Shown here piece after piece: positions 14,067 through 26,740 of a stretch of DNA of 64,000 nt (position 1 is the first letter of the stretch; the number at the start of each line of letters is the position of its first letter). This stretch comes from Eledone cirrhosa (Eukaryota), in contig OZ024761.1 of the NCBI GenBank assembly GCA_964016885.1, forward strand, positions 3,658,001-3,722,000. Reading direction: 5' to 3'. Both the position numbers and the translations under genes were made by a program. The notes under the pieces were generated by a model. That model did no database searches and was not told the DNA's origin. It saw only the letters and a program-made list of their open reading frames with translations.

Positions 14067-14152
14067 TTACAAATTTTCACAACAACCTCCACACGGTGGG
14101 GCCTGGAAACTAACCACTGGTCTCTCGTCTTGATAAGATGAACGACAATAAC
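14067..14152 (-). CDS. Candidate microprotein gene, last coding exon (YCRSSYQDERPVVSFQAPPCGGCCENL*)
   Basis: tgtctcAG acceptor at 14153; phase matches the upstream exon; TAA at 14067-14069; non-repetitive sequence. Confidence 0.45.
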
Positions 14153-15276
14153 CTGAGACAGCAACAATTTCATAAACAACAATAGTAAAAATACTATAAA
14201 CGTTTGAATGAACAAATCTATTTTTAGATGAATTATTTAAGTCAGTACACTGTGGTAGAAAAATATGAAGGGCAAATGACAAATGAAACAATGTTTTATC
14301 CAGTATATTTCAGGGCTATTATCCTCTTATCAAATGTAAAACTGAAACTGTCTAAGACAAAACAAACGAGTTTTCTGAGTTTTCCTCCTCTGATCGCTCG
14401 TTTGTTTTGTCTTGGACTGTTTCAGCTTCGCATCTGAAAAGAGGGTTTAGCCCTGAAATATGCTAAAATACACTGGATAAAACATTGTTTTATTTCACAT
14501 CACTTGCCCTTCATATTTTTCTAGCACAATTTTTTAAATAAATTTTACTACATGTCTCACAATGATTCATATTAACCAGACAACTCTATTTTTAGATATT
14601 TAGGAAAGAGGTGGCTTCTGACAAGTAACTGCAATGTGATTTCAACACTCACCAAACAAAGTCATATAACTTCACTTAATACCTCCCTGATTCTCTTTTG
14701 GTTAATCTTTCTGATACCAACCCCACCCAAAACCAACCGATTCTGTAATAAAACCACCCATTTTAACCCTTTAGTTACCAACCCCAGCCAAAAACCACCC
14801 CTGATACTATGTACCAAAATGACCCATTTTAACCTTTTAGTTAACAACATGACCTAAAGCAATGGTCATGAAAGGGTTAAAAGGTTCTCATTTAAATTAA
14901 AACTTTCCAAGAAAAGTTGATATATAAGAAGTTTTTTGATAAGTTATGCAATAAATACCATTTTAATAATGAAATAATTTTAGAAAATCCTTCTAAATTG
15001 TTCATTAATATTTCATTAGAAATACAATAATGAACAGGTGTAAAAAAAAATTATTTTGCAAGTTCAATATTTGTGGAAGAGATATATCAGCAAATTTAAT
15101 ACTTTTGCTTCATGCCGTGAAACCGAGATAAACACCTGCCTGACGAGCCTCCTGGCTTAAGACAGACTTTAGAAATTTAATACATTACGGTACTTACTTT
15201 CACTTAATAGCACCAGGTAGTGCTTTAATAGCACAACCTGGTGCTATTGTCTGGGCTAATATTGGTCAATACCTAC

Positions 15277-15333
15277 CTAAATTTATCTCTGCTCTAAATT
15301 GCATTCCTCTTATGTCAGTACCAATTCTATCCC
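15277..15333 (-). CDS. Candidate microprotein gene, internal 57-nt exon (DRIGTDIRGMQFRAEINL)
   Basis: Long polypyrimidine tract plus AAG acceptor at 15334; AG|GTAGGT donor at 15276; phase 1-1 with an open frame. Confidence 0.45.
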
Positions 15334-15409
15334 CTTGAAGAAGAAAAAAAAAAAGAAAGATTGGCCTTGTGTTTAAGGATAGCAAAAGAAAAAATATATA
15401 TACATATAT

Positions 15410-15440
<31 letters not shown>

Positions 15441-15567
15441 GTATATTGTATTTAACCTTGCACTCTAAAAATATTAACTGATAGTAACGAGATCACATTG
15501 CACAGATGAGACAAAGAAGAAGAAAAAATAAAAAGCAAAACTATAGCTATTACATAGATTTGTCAAC

Positions 15568-15610
15568 CTTTAAAATTGCTATCTTCCTGTCTATCAGTAG
15601 TGTTTGTCAT
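15568..15610 (-). CDS. Candidate microprotein gene, first coding part (MTNTTDRQEDSNFK) of exon 15568-15647
   Basis: The upstream 83-nt intron 15648-15730 has a GTAAGT donor, an ACTAAC branch point and a ttccccAG acceptor. ATG at 15610. The downstream donor GTTGAC is weak. Confidence 0.35.
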
Positions 15611-15984
15611 CTGAACTTCTTACAAAGGAAGAATTTGAAATGGTGACCTGGGGAAATCACTAATTACCCAATAATAGAGTCACACAATGTTAGTCTGTCC
15701 GTATCCTAATACTAGCATGTCACAACTTACTGTATATGTTCATAAGCCGAGAAATAGGTGACAAAAAAAAATGATGGTAAAATGGGAGGATCAACATTTT
15801 GCTGATTTTCACCAACTTTAAAATTCTACGTAAATGAGGTGCTACAATATTTTCACTTTGGAGGTAAATATTACACCTGTTTCACTTTTTGTGTGTGTGT
15901 GGTGTGGTATGTGCGTGTATGTGTGTGTGGTGCTAGTATGTGGTGCGTGCGGTGTGGTGCATGCGTGTATATATATATATATAT

Positions 15985-18708
15985 ATCATCATCATCATCA
16001 TCACCGTTTTACGTCCGTTCTTCCACGCTAGCATGGGTTAGACGGGTTGTCCTGTTGTGGGCAGTGTCTGGTCGGCTGACCATGCCTTGCTCATACAGGA
16101 ACTGATCTGGCTTGATTTCTACAGCTGGATGCCCTTCCTAACACCAACCTCATTTACAGTGAGTGCTGGGTGCTTTTTCGTGGCGCCTACACGTCCACTT
16201 TACAGTGTGGGCTGGGTGCTTTTTTGCCGTGGCACCTCCACGACCACCTTGCGGTGGGGGGGGGGGGGCATATTGTTTATATGCTTCAGCATGTACCCAT
16301 GGGAGGTCGGGTACCCTGTATTACTGCGTGACGCCAGAAGTCACGGTCGTGTGTCATTGACTTTGAGAGGTGTAGTTGGGTAAGGTCGGCTTTTATCACC
16401 TCATCCCAAGTCATCTTGGGTCTCCCCACTCCGCGGTTTCCATCAACTTCTAGTGCTCTGCACCTTTTTATGCAGCTGTCATCCTTCATACGCATCACAT
16501 GTCCATACCAGCGTAACCGCCTCTCCTGCACGCAGCATTTGATTCCTCTTATGCTCAGTCTCTCTCTCAATTCATTTATGCTTTGTCGTTCACGTATATT
16601 ACTGTTACACATCCATCGGAGCATGCAGGCTTCGTTTCTCTCTAATCTACGTAAGTCTTCCACCTTCAGCGCCCAGGTCTCACTACCATGCAACATCGCT
16701 GTTCGGATACACGCATCATACAGTCTGCCTTTCATTCTGAGGGAGAAGCCTTTTGCAGCTAGCAGTGGTAGTAGTTCCCTAAACTTCTTCCATCCCGTTC
16801 TTACCCTAGTTATTGTACTTTCTGAGCACCCACCTCCGTTGCTAATTCGGTCACCTAGGTAGCAGAAGCTGTCTACTGTTTCTACAGGGCCCTCCCAGAG
16901 ATTGGTGGTACTTGTTTCCTGTGGCTGTTTGCTTGCTGTTTCAGCACAGCTGCTGCATGTGAATCCTACATTCTTAATTAAGCTTCCTGAGATCCCGCTA
17001 CATCTCTTGTGTACCCATTGTTTGCATTTGGGGCAAAGAATGGAGTTCCTACCTACACCTTTCCTACATACTGAGCAAGGCCATTTCCCTGAGGGGATCT
17101 GGGTTCTGTTTTCTCGTCTACTTATAAGGACCTTAGTCTTTGTCATGTTGACTTTGAGGCCCTTTCTCTCTAGTCCCTGCTTCCAGGTTTGGAATTTATT
17201 CTCTAGTTCTACCATAGATTCAGCTATGAGTGCGAGGTCATCAGCATACAGGAGTTCCCATGGGCATCCGGTCTTAAACTCCTCCGTTATTGCCTGCAGG
17301 ACTATGATGAACAGGAGAGGGCTAAGAACAGAGCCCTGGTGGACCCCAACCTGTACGCTAAATTCCTCGCTATACTCATTGCCAATCCTAACTTTGCTGA
17401 CTGCTCCCCTATACATGGCTTGTACCGCTTTCACAAGCCATTCATCTACTCCTAGTTTTCTAAGAGCCCACCAGATTACTGCACGTGGAACTCTGTCAAA
17501 GGCTTTCTCAAGGTCGACAAATGCCAAGTAGAGTGGCTTACTTTTAGCTAGGTACTTTTCCTGTAATTGCCTCACAAGGAAGAGCGCATCAGTGGTGCCT
17601 TTCCCTGGAACAAACCCAAATTGCATCTCGTCTATATTCACCCGGTCCCTAATCAGCTGTGCTATAACTCTTTCTGTTACTTTCATGACCTGGTCCATCA
17701 ACTTTATACCTCTATAGTTTCCTCTATCTAGTGCATCGCCTTTACCTTTGTAGCAGTTGACAATGATGCTACTGCACCAATCTTTTGGTATGGCCCCCTC
17801 TAGTATTACCTGGTTAACGATACGTGTGGTTATAGTGTGACCTACAGACCCAGATGCCTTCAGCATCTCGGCAGCTATACCCGATGGACCGGTTGCCTTC
17901 CCTATCTTCATATCTCTGATTGCCTTACTTACTACGCTGCCGCTGACTTGTACTGCTGGTCCCTCTATAGGGTCTACGTGGGGTAGGGTCTCTTCTTCCC
18001 ATGCATTCTCCTCATTTAGTAATCTATCATAATGACTCTTCCATGCATCTTTCTTCTCAGCACTTGTGAGGGCAAGCTCACCTTTATCATTCCGGATACA
18101 CTTCTCTCCAATGACATCACAACTATCTCTGACACACTGCCTCGCAATCTTGAATACCTCCTGTTTCTGGTCCTCACGTTGTAAAACATGCTTGAATTTT
18201 CTATCCTCTGCTTCCCTCCTAGCTAAGTATACTTGTCGCCTAGCTTCCCTCTTGGTCTCTATGTAATGTACCCTGCTCCCCCCGTTCTTCCATTCTTTCC
18301 ATGCCTGTCTCTTGGCCTTGACTGCTTCATCTACCTTATTGTTCCACCACCAAGTCACTCTCCTCCTGCTTGAGGTCTTACTCCAGCCACAAACCTCATC
18401 CGTCGCCTCTAGTAAGTTATTTTTTAGGAACTCCCAGTTCTCTTCTACGTTAAATGTCTCTATCTGTTCTTCTTTACTGTCGTAGGCGTTGAGTAAAATA
18501 TCTTTAAATCTGTTACTGGTTGAGGGGACTTTCAGCTTCCAGATCTTTCTTCTCCAGGTTGGCCTCTGTTTCAGGGCTCGTCTAGTTCTGACCGTGAGGT
18601 CGCTGACAACTAAGCTATGTTGGGATGTACATTCCTCACTAGGGAAGGCTTTTGTGTTTACGACCGTCCATCTGTCACGTCCTCTGATGAGGATAAAATC
18701 TAACTGAC
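15985..18708 (-). mobile_element. RTE-clade LINE, 5'-truncated, with 3' UTR and (ATG)n tail
   Basis: Open ORF with the end of an APE endonuclease (SQLDFIL, SQHSLVVSDL) and RT motifs (YKGKGD, QFGFVPGKGTTDA, FVDLEKAFD, GVHQGSVLSPLLF, YADD, ERRLRWYGHV). (CAT)n tail on + at ~15987-16003. Confidence 0.93.
16286..18708 (-). CDS. RTE LINE reverse transcriptase ORF with embedded C4HC3 PHD-like finger
   Basis: 826-aa ORF without stops; the first ~19 residues come from the neighbouring repeat. CSVC..CPKC..WVHKRC..CSSC follows the RT core. Confidence 0.9.
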
Positions 18709-18887
18709 TATATATATATACATATATCATCATCCCCATTTTACATCCATATTTCCACGCTGGCATGGGTTAAGACAAGTTATCCTGTTGTTTTGCAAGG
18801 TCAGGTGACCATGTCTTGTTCGTACAGAAACGATTTTGGCTCGGTTTCTACAGCTGGATGCCCTTCCTAGTGCCAAAAACATTTACA

Positions 18888-19785
18888 GTGGTGGTGAGAG
18901 AGGTGGTGGTGGTGGTGAGAGAGATGGTGGTGGTGGAGAGAGAGAGATGGTGGTGGTGGAGAGAGAGAGATGGTGGTGGTGGAGAGAGAGAGATGGTGGT
19001 GGTGGAGAGAGAGAGATGGTGGTGGTGGAGAGAGAGAGATGGTGGTGGTGGAGAGAGAGAGATGGTGGTGGTGGAGAGAGAGGTGGCGGTGGAGGTGAGA
19101 GAGAGGTGGCGGTGGTGGTGAGAGAGAGGTGGCGGTGGTGGTGAGAGAGAGGTGGCGGTGGAGAGAGAGAGGTGGCGGTGGAGAGAGAGAGGTGGCGGTG
19201 GTGGTGGAGAGAGGGGGGTGGCGGTGGAGAGAGAGAGGTGGTGGTAGTGAGAGAGGGGTGGTGGTAGTGAGAGAGGGGTGGTGGTAGTGAGAGAGGGGTG
19301 GTGGTAGTGAGAGAGGGGTGGTGGTAGTGAGAGAGGGGTGGTGGTGGTGAGAGAGTGAGATGGTGGTGGTGAGAGAGATGGTGGTGAGAGATGGTGGTGG
19401 TGAGAATGAGAGATGGTGGTGGTGAGAAAGAGAGGTGGTGGTGGTGGTGAGAAAGAGAGGTGGTGGTGAGAAAGGGAGGTGGTGGTGCTGGTGAGAGAGG
19501 GAGATGGTGGTGAGAGAGGGAGGTGGTGGAGAGAGAGGGGTGGTGGAGAGAGAGGGGTGGTGGAGAGAGAGGGGTGGTGGAGAGAGAGGGGTGGTGGAGA
19601 GAGAGGGGTGGTGGAGAGAGAGGGGTGGTGGAGAGAGAGGGGTGGTGGAGAGAGAGAGGTGGTGGAGAGAGAGGGGTGGTGGAGAGAGAGGGGTGGTGGA
19701 GAGAGAGAGGTGGTGGAGAGAGAGATGCTAGTAATAGAGAGGTGGTGGACAGAAAGATGGTGGTGAGAGAGGTGGTGGAGAGAGA
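18888..19785. repeat. Compound (GA)n/(GGT)n satellite with 17-20-bp units
   Basis: Units gagagagagatggtggtggtg and gagagagaggggtggtg. Confidence 0.9.
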
Positions 19786-21725
19786 TGGTAGTAATACAAG
19801 AGACAGTAGTAATACAAGGGAGACGGTAGTAATACAAGAGAGACGGTAGTAATACAAGAGAGACGGTAGTAATACAAGAGAGACGGTAGTAATACAAGAG
19901 ATATGGTAGTAATACAAGAGAGATGGTAGTAATACAAGAGACAGTAGTAATACAAGGGAGACGGTAGTAATACAAGAGAGATGGTAGTAATACAAGAGAG
20001 ACGGTAGTAATACAAGAGAGACGGTAGTAATACAAGAGAGACGGTAGTAATACAAGAGATATGGTAGTAATACAAGAGAGATGGTAGTAATACAAGAGAC
20101 AGTAGTAATACAAGGGAGACGGTAGTAATACAAGAGAGATGGTAGTAATACAAGAGAGACGGTAGTAATACAAGAGACGGTAGTAATACAAGAGAGACGG
20201 TAGTAATACAAGAGAGACGGTAGTAATACAAGAGAGATGGTAGTAATACAAGAGAGATGGTAGTAATACAAGAGAGATGGTAGTAATACAAGAGAGATGG
20301 TAGTAATACAAGAGAGATGGTAGTAATACAAGAGATATGGGAGTAATACAAGAGATGGTAGTAATACAAGAGATGGTAGTAATACAAGAGATATGGTAGT
20401 AATACAAGAGAGATGGTAGTAATACAAGAGAGATGGTAGTAATACAAGAGATATGGTAGTAATACAAGAGAGATGGTAGTAATACAAGAGATATGGGAGT
20501 AATACAAGAGAGATGGTAGTAATACAAGAGAGATGGTAGTAATACAAGAGAGATGGTAGTAATACAAGAGAGATGGTAGTAATACAAGAGAGATGGTAGT
20601 AATACAAGAGAGATGGTAGTAATACAAGAGAGATGGTAGTAATACAAGAGATATGGGAGTAATACAAGAGAGATGGTAGTAATACAAGAGAGATGGTAGT
20701 AATACAAGAGAGATGGTAGTAATACAAGAGAGATGGTAGTAATACAAGAGATATGGTAGTAATACAAGAGAGATGGTAGTAATACAAGAGATATGGTAGT
20801 AATACAAGAGAGATGGTAGTAATACAAGAGAGATGGTAGTAATACAAGAGAGACGGTAGTAATACAAGAGATATGGTAGTAATACAAGAGATATGGTAGT
20901 AATACAAGAGAGATGGTAGTAATACAAGAGAGACGGTAGTAATACAAGAGATATGGTAGTAATACAAGAGATATGGGAGTAATACAAGAGATGGTAGTAA
21001 TACAAGAGATGGTAGTAATACAAGAGATATGGTAGTAATACAAGATATGGTAGTAATACAAGAGAGATGGTAGTAATACAAGAGAGATGGTAGTAATACA
21101 AGAGAGATGGTAGTAATACAAGAGAGATGGTAGTAATACAAGAGATATGGTAGTAATACAAGAGAGATGGTAGTAATACAAGAGAGATGGTAGTAATACA
21201 AGAGAGATGGTAGTAATACAAGAGAGATGGTAGTAATACAAGAGATATGGGAGTAATACAAGAGATGGTAGTAATACAAGAGATGGTAGTAATACAAGAG
21301 ATATGGTAGTAATACAAGAGAGATGGTAGTAATACAAGAGAGATGGTAGTAATACAAGAGATATGGTAGTAATACAAGAGATATGGTAGTAATACTAGTC
21401 AAATGGTAGTAATACTAGTCAAATGGTAGTAATACAAGAGACGGTAGTAATACTAGTCAAATGGTAGTAATATAAGAGACGGTAGTAATACAAGAGACGG
21501 TAGTAATACAAGAGACGGTAGTAATACAAGAGACGGTAGTAATACAAGAGACGGTAGTAATACTAGTTAAATGGTAGTAATACTAGTCAAATGGTAGTAA
21601 TACAAGAGACGGTAGTAATACAAGAGACGGTAGTAATACAAGAGAGATGGTAGTAATACAAGAGAAATGGTAGTAATACTAGTCAAATGGTAGAAATACA
21701 AGAGAGACAGTAGTAATATTAGTCA
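19780..21725. repeat. Minisatellite, ~20-bp unit gagagatggtagtaatacaa (roughly 95-100 copies, with 18-bp variants)
   Basis: Directly visible periodicity; it generates the spurious 549-839-aa ORFs. Confidence 0.97.
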
Positions 21726-21854
21726 GGTGATAGAGAGAGATGTCGTAGGTAGATGATGTTAACATGTCACAAAGGGAAGGGAGGGGCTCATAACAATTAT
21801 ATCTATATACATTATACACGCACATATATATATAATACATATAGAGAGAAATAG

Positions 21855-21856
21855 AT

Positions 21857-21890
<34 letters not shown>

Positions 21891-22243
21891 AATATGTAAA
21901 TATAAATATATATAAATAAATATATATAAATATAAATATATAAATATAAATATATATAAATATATAATTATATATATATATATATAAATATAAATATATA
22001 TAAATATATAATTATATATATATATATATAAATATAAATATATATATAAATATAAATATATATAAATATATAATTATATATATATATATAAATATAAATA
22101 TATATAAATATATAATTATATATATAAATATAAATATATATAAATATATAATTATATATATATAAATATAAATATATATATAAATATATATAAATATATA
22201 TATAATTATATATATATATAAATATAAATATATATAAATATAT

Positions 22244-22304
<61 letters not shown>

Positions 22305-22375
22305 TATAAATATAAATATATATATAAATATATATAAATATAAATATATATATAAATATATATAAATATAAATAT

Positions 22376-22408
<33 letters not shown>

Positions 22409-22469
22409 AATAAATATAAATATAAATATATATATATATAAATATAAATATAAATATATATAAATATAT

Positions 22470-22552
<83 letters not shown>

Positions 22553-22570
22553 AATATAAATATATATAAA
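21855..22570. repeat. AT-only compound microsatellite
   Basis: (TA)n/TAAA mosaic. Confidence 0.95.
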
Positions 22571-22708
22571 TATTGTTATACTTTGGGAGGGTCATGTTGC
22601 CAATAAGAAACACACGCACCAGTTGCTTTTACTTCAATTTATTATAAATTTATAAATTTCCGGTTGGTTGGTTGGTTGGTTCCACAACCAGATGGTTGTT
22701 TATATATT

Positions 22709-22751
22709 GTCAAAGTTCTTTCGTCACACATTATGTGACCTCTTCAGTGAC
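22709..22751 (-). ncRNA. Minimal hammerhead ribozyme in inverted Penelope pLTR
   Basis: Reverse complement of the 26698-26740 motif with one loop substitution. Confidence 0.72.
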
Positions 22752-23927
22752 TGGGGATTCTTTTCTTTGTTTTTTGTGCCTCTCCTTTGTTCTGTCCTAC
22801 GCCATCTTGTTTTCGTGTGTGTGTTGTGTGCTTAGTTTGCGCATGTGTTACATCCGGGTGTCTGTGTGTGTTTATATTCGTTTATTTATGTTTATTTACA
22901 TGTTACTGGTTGGTTGTTTGTTCTATGTGTGTGTGTGTTTTCATTTTGTCCTTAATTGTAAGTTGTGATGTTGCTGTTCCACTCATGTTTTCTATTTAAT
23001 TTTGGTTGTAATTCTTTTATGTTTATTGCCTCTGTGATTTGTCTAAACATTGCGTCTTTTCTGTGTGTAGGTTCTATTTTTATTTCTATGTTCTCTAATT
23101 TACCCTTATGTTCTATTTTAGCATGTTGGTAGAGTACAGATGATTCTTTACTATCTTGAAGGTCTCGCCAGTGTTCATTTATCCGTTCCCCTACACTACG
23201 AGCTGTCTCACCTATGTACACTATATTTTTATCTCTACATTGTCCTTCAGTACATCTTATGCTATATACTTCATTTCTAGTTTTACAGTTAATATGGGGG
23301 CTTAATTTACAGATTATACATTTCTTATCTATACAGGGAGGTCTTTGAAAAGGGTATGTCTTGCTAATAAGTGTTTTTATGGAGGTACCTGGTCTTTCTA
23401 CTATCTTAATATTGAGTTTATGTTTATCTAGGGCCCTTCTAAATTTGTAAGCTAATTCACCTCTAGTATTACAACTGCCGCCTAAGTATGCCACATACAA
23501 GGTAAATATGATTAAATGCTTGTCAGAAATAGAAAAATCATTTACAAAATTACGTTGGAGCCTCAAAAACAAAAACAAAAGTAACATACGCACACACACA
23601 CACACACACATATACAACACATATCCCAACAACAACAGATACACAGACACAAACAACAATAACAACACACACAACAATAATAACATACTCAGAAACAACA
23701 ACAGACACGCAGACACAAACAACAATAACAACACACACAACAATAATAACATACACGGAGACAACAACACACGTCAACAACAGCACTCATCAACAACAAC
23801 AACACACACACACATTCAATGCCTCTCACCACCATGACAATCTTAACAAACACAGACACAAAAAACAGGTAATGACAGTAGCACAGAAATAAGGGAAGGT
23901 AATAGGATTGAAAGGAGAAGGGAGATT

Positions 23928-26502
23928 ATGGACAGAGAAAATAACCAAGACGAACACACAGACACACAAAATAGAGTAGATAATAACAATGAGCCAGAGG
24001 AAAGAGACAGGAGTAATAATGAGAGACATAGAAACAACCATGAGGCTGTTGGTGGAAATAGAAATAGAAACAACACAACTAACAATAACAATAGCACTAG
24101 TACACATAAAGCAGCAGCCTGGAACTCTACTTTTTATAATCCCTCCGATAAGTCGTTCGACCTGCGACAAGTCTACGCCACGACTTTAGCTTTTAACAAA
24201 CGCACGCAATTGCCGTCGCAGGTCGATGAACAAACAGAAGCACAATTTAGTATAGCTAGATCTAAACTTAGAAATATTGTAGAACAGTATAGCAAGAAGC
24301 AAAATAGAATGGAGGCCCAGCAACTGGGAGAAAAATCTGCAAATGGCTTGCGTAAGCTCATGCAGCGCTCGTGTAATGGAGAGATAACATGCTTTCCAAC
24401 AGACAAGTCTGGCAGAATGTCGGTTGACAGTCTGCCAAACTACATCCAGGCAATGCAACCCCACATCACTAACACAAGAGAAGTAACACCACAAGAGCAT
24501 GAGGGTAGAGAAAAAGCCCTCAATGCCCATATGGTGATGTGGACAAATATAATGCAGCCCAACAAAAGGACTGCCAACAACTTCCAGGCCTGGAACAATG
24601 ACGTGCCAGCGTTGTATGGGCTTCGAAAATAAAATAAAACGAGCAGTGACCCTGTCACGGGACCACCAACGGGACCACCAACGGGCCAGTCTGTGGAGCT
24701 AACATTGCTAGTAACTACAGACTGTCCTACTTCCTCTCCCTGATCATACGCCCCATCATTGAAATGTCCCCAGATGTATGCGACAGCACGGAGGACCTCC
24801 TCAGCAGAATCGGCGAGAGTAACCGATCTAGGGACCTAACAAACTGCATAATAGGTAGTATGGATGTTGTGTCCCTGTATCCATCTATTGACGTGGATTT
24901 TGCTGTGGAGAAATGCGTAGAAATGATCAGTGAGACCAATGTTGAGTTCCGTGGAATTGATACCAGTGAGCTGGGACTCCTACTTAAACTTACCTATAGT
25001 AATAATTCTCTAGACACATATGACCTTAGCAACCTGTGCCCTACAAGACCAGCAAGAGGCAGACCACCTACCATTACCTCAATGGCCAAGAAAACCCACA
25101 CAGATAGATGGAACGGGTGGACCAGATCCATACGGACCCCCGAAAACCACGATGAACTAAAGAAAATGATTGCACATGCGGTGGGGGCCAGCATAAAATT
25201 AACCCTTAAGGAACACATGTTCAAATTTAATGGAAAAACATATGCCCAAGAGGAGGGAGCAGCCATTGGTGTTAGCATTGCAGGCGACATAGCTAACTTA
25301 TTCATGGTGTGGTGGGACAGTAGACTTAAACAACAATTAGAAGACCCCTTAACCCTGATAATGTACTCCCGCTACGTTGATGATATAAACATCGTAGTTA
25401 AAACACCCCCACTAGAGAACAGTCAGGAATTAGAGAAAAACACAATGGAAAGCATCCAGCAAATAGCTAACTCCATCCACCAGAGTATTAGAGTCACTAT
25501 AGACTACCCAAGCAAACACCCCAACCATCGATTACCTGTACTAGACACAGAGCTCTGGTTAGATACCATTAATAACAAAAAACAAATCCTCCATTCCCAT
25601 TATGCCAAACCCATGACTTCCAAATATCTGATCCACCGAAACTCAGCTGTTTCGGACCATACCAAAATCAACATACTGATTGCGGATTTAGTACGGGTGA
25701 TAAGAAACGTGTCCCGCATGTGCAACCCCGAAGAACTAGAGAGACACATACAACACTTCATCCACCATATGCAGTTCTCTGGTTACAATCAGAGAGATAA
25801 AATCAGAGTGTATAGAGGAGCCAGAACCAAATGGGAAAAAATGGTAAATAATGATACAAATGGGACCTGCCCCTTGTGTAGGAGCAAATTTTGGAATAGA
25901 ATAGAAAGAACTAGGAATAAGGCTAATAGAATAAACTCATGGTATGATAGCAATAAATACCAGAGTATAATGTTCATCGATACAACCCCTAGAGGTGAAT
26001 TAGCTTACAAATTTAGAAGGGCCCTAGATAAACATAAACTCAATATTAAGATAGTAGAAAGACCAGGTACCTCCATAAAAACACTTATTAGCAAGACATG
26101 CCCTTTTCAAAGACCCCCCCCCACTGTATAGATAAATGTATAACCTGTAAATTAAGCCCCCATATTAACTGTAAAACTAGAAATGTAGTATATAGCATAA
26201 GATATACTGAAGGACAATATAGAGATAAAAATATAGTGTACATAGGTGAGACAGCTCGTAGTGTAGGGGAACGGATAAATGAACACTGGCGAGACCTTCA
26301 AGATAGTACAGAATCATCTGTACTCTACCAACATGCTAAAATAGAACATAAGGTTAAATTAGAGAACATAGAAATAAAAATAGAATCTACACAGAAAAGA
26401 CACAATGTTTAGACAAATCACAGAGGCAATAAACATAAAAGAATTACAACCAAATTAAATAGAAAACATGAGTGGAACAGCAACATCACAACTTACAATT
26501 AA
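23928..26502 (+). pseudogene. Penelope-like RT + GIY-YIG endonuclease polyprotein (stop at ~24630, frameshifts at ~26120 and ~26400)
   Basis: Motifs PTDKSG, MDVVSLYPSI, EGAAIG, YSRYVDDI, LPVLD and YAKP; Cys linker (C..KCITC..NCKT); VVYSI...VYIGETARSVGERINEH. Confidence 0.9.
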
Positions 26503-26697
26503 GGACAAAATGAAAACACACACGCACATAGAACAAAGAACCAACCAGTAACATGTAAATAAACAAATAAATAAACGAATATAAACACACACAGACACCT
26601 GGATGTGGCGCAAGCGCAGACTGAGCACACAACACACACACAGAAACAAGATGGCGTAGGACAGAACAAAGGAGAGACACAAAGAAAAGCATCCCCA

Positions 26698-26740
26698 GTC
26701 ACTGAAGAGGTCACAGAATGTGTGACGAAAGAACTTTGAC
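26698..26740 (+). ncRNA. Minimal hammerhead ribozyme in Penelope pLTR (copies at 22709-22751 -, 27865-27907 -, 46529-46571 +, 46403-46443 - partial)
   Basis: gtca-CTGAAGA-g gtcaca gaatg tgtgac-GAAA-gaac-TT-tgac. Confidence 0.75.

Noticed and set aside
14428-14470. HHR-like ctgaaaa-gagggtttagccct-gaaa motif within inverted repeats
   Set aside because: The core is mutated (CUGAAAA) and stems I and III cannot be formed convincingly; at most a dead relic.
15580-15690. H/ACA snoRNA-like double hairpin ending in ACA on the plus strand
   Set aside because: No ANANNA H box in the hinge; better explained by a minus-strand exon and intron with branch point.
18848-21402. Long 549-839-aa ORFs
   Set aside because: Translations of a 20-bp satellite that lacks stops on one strand; all three frames give the same low-complexity pattern.
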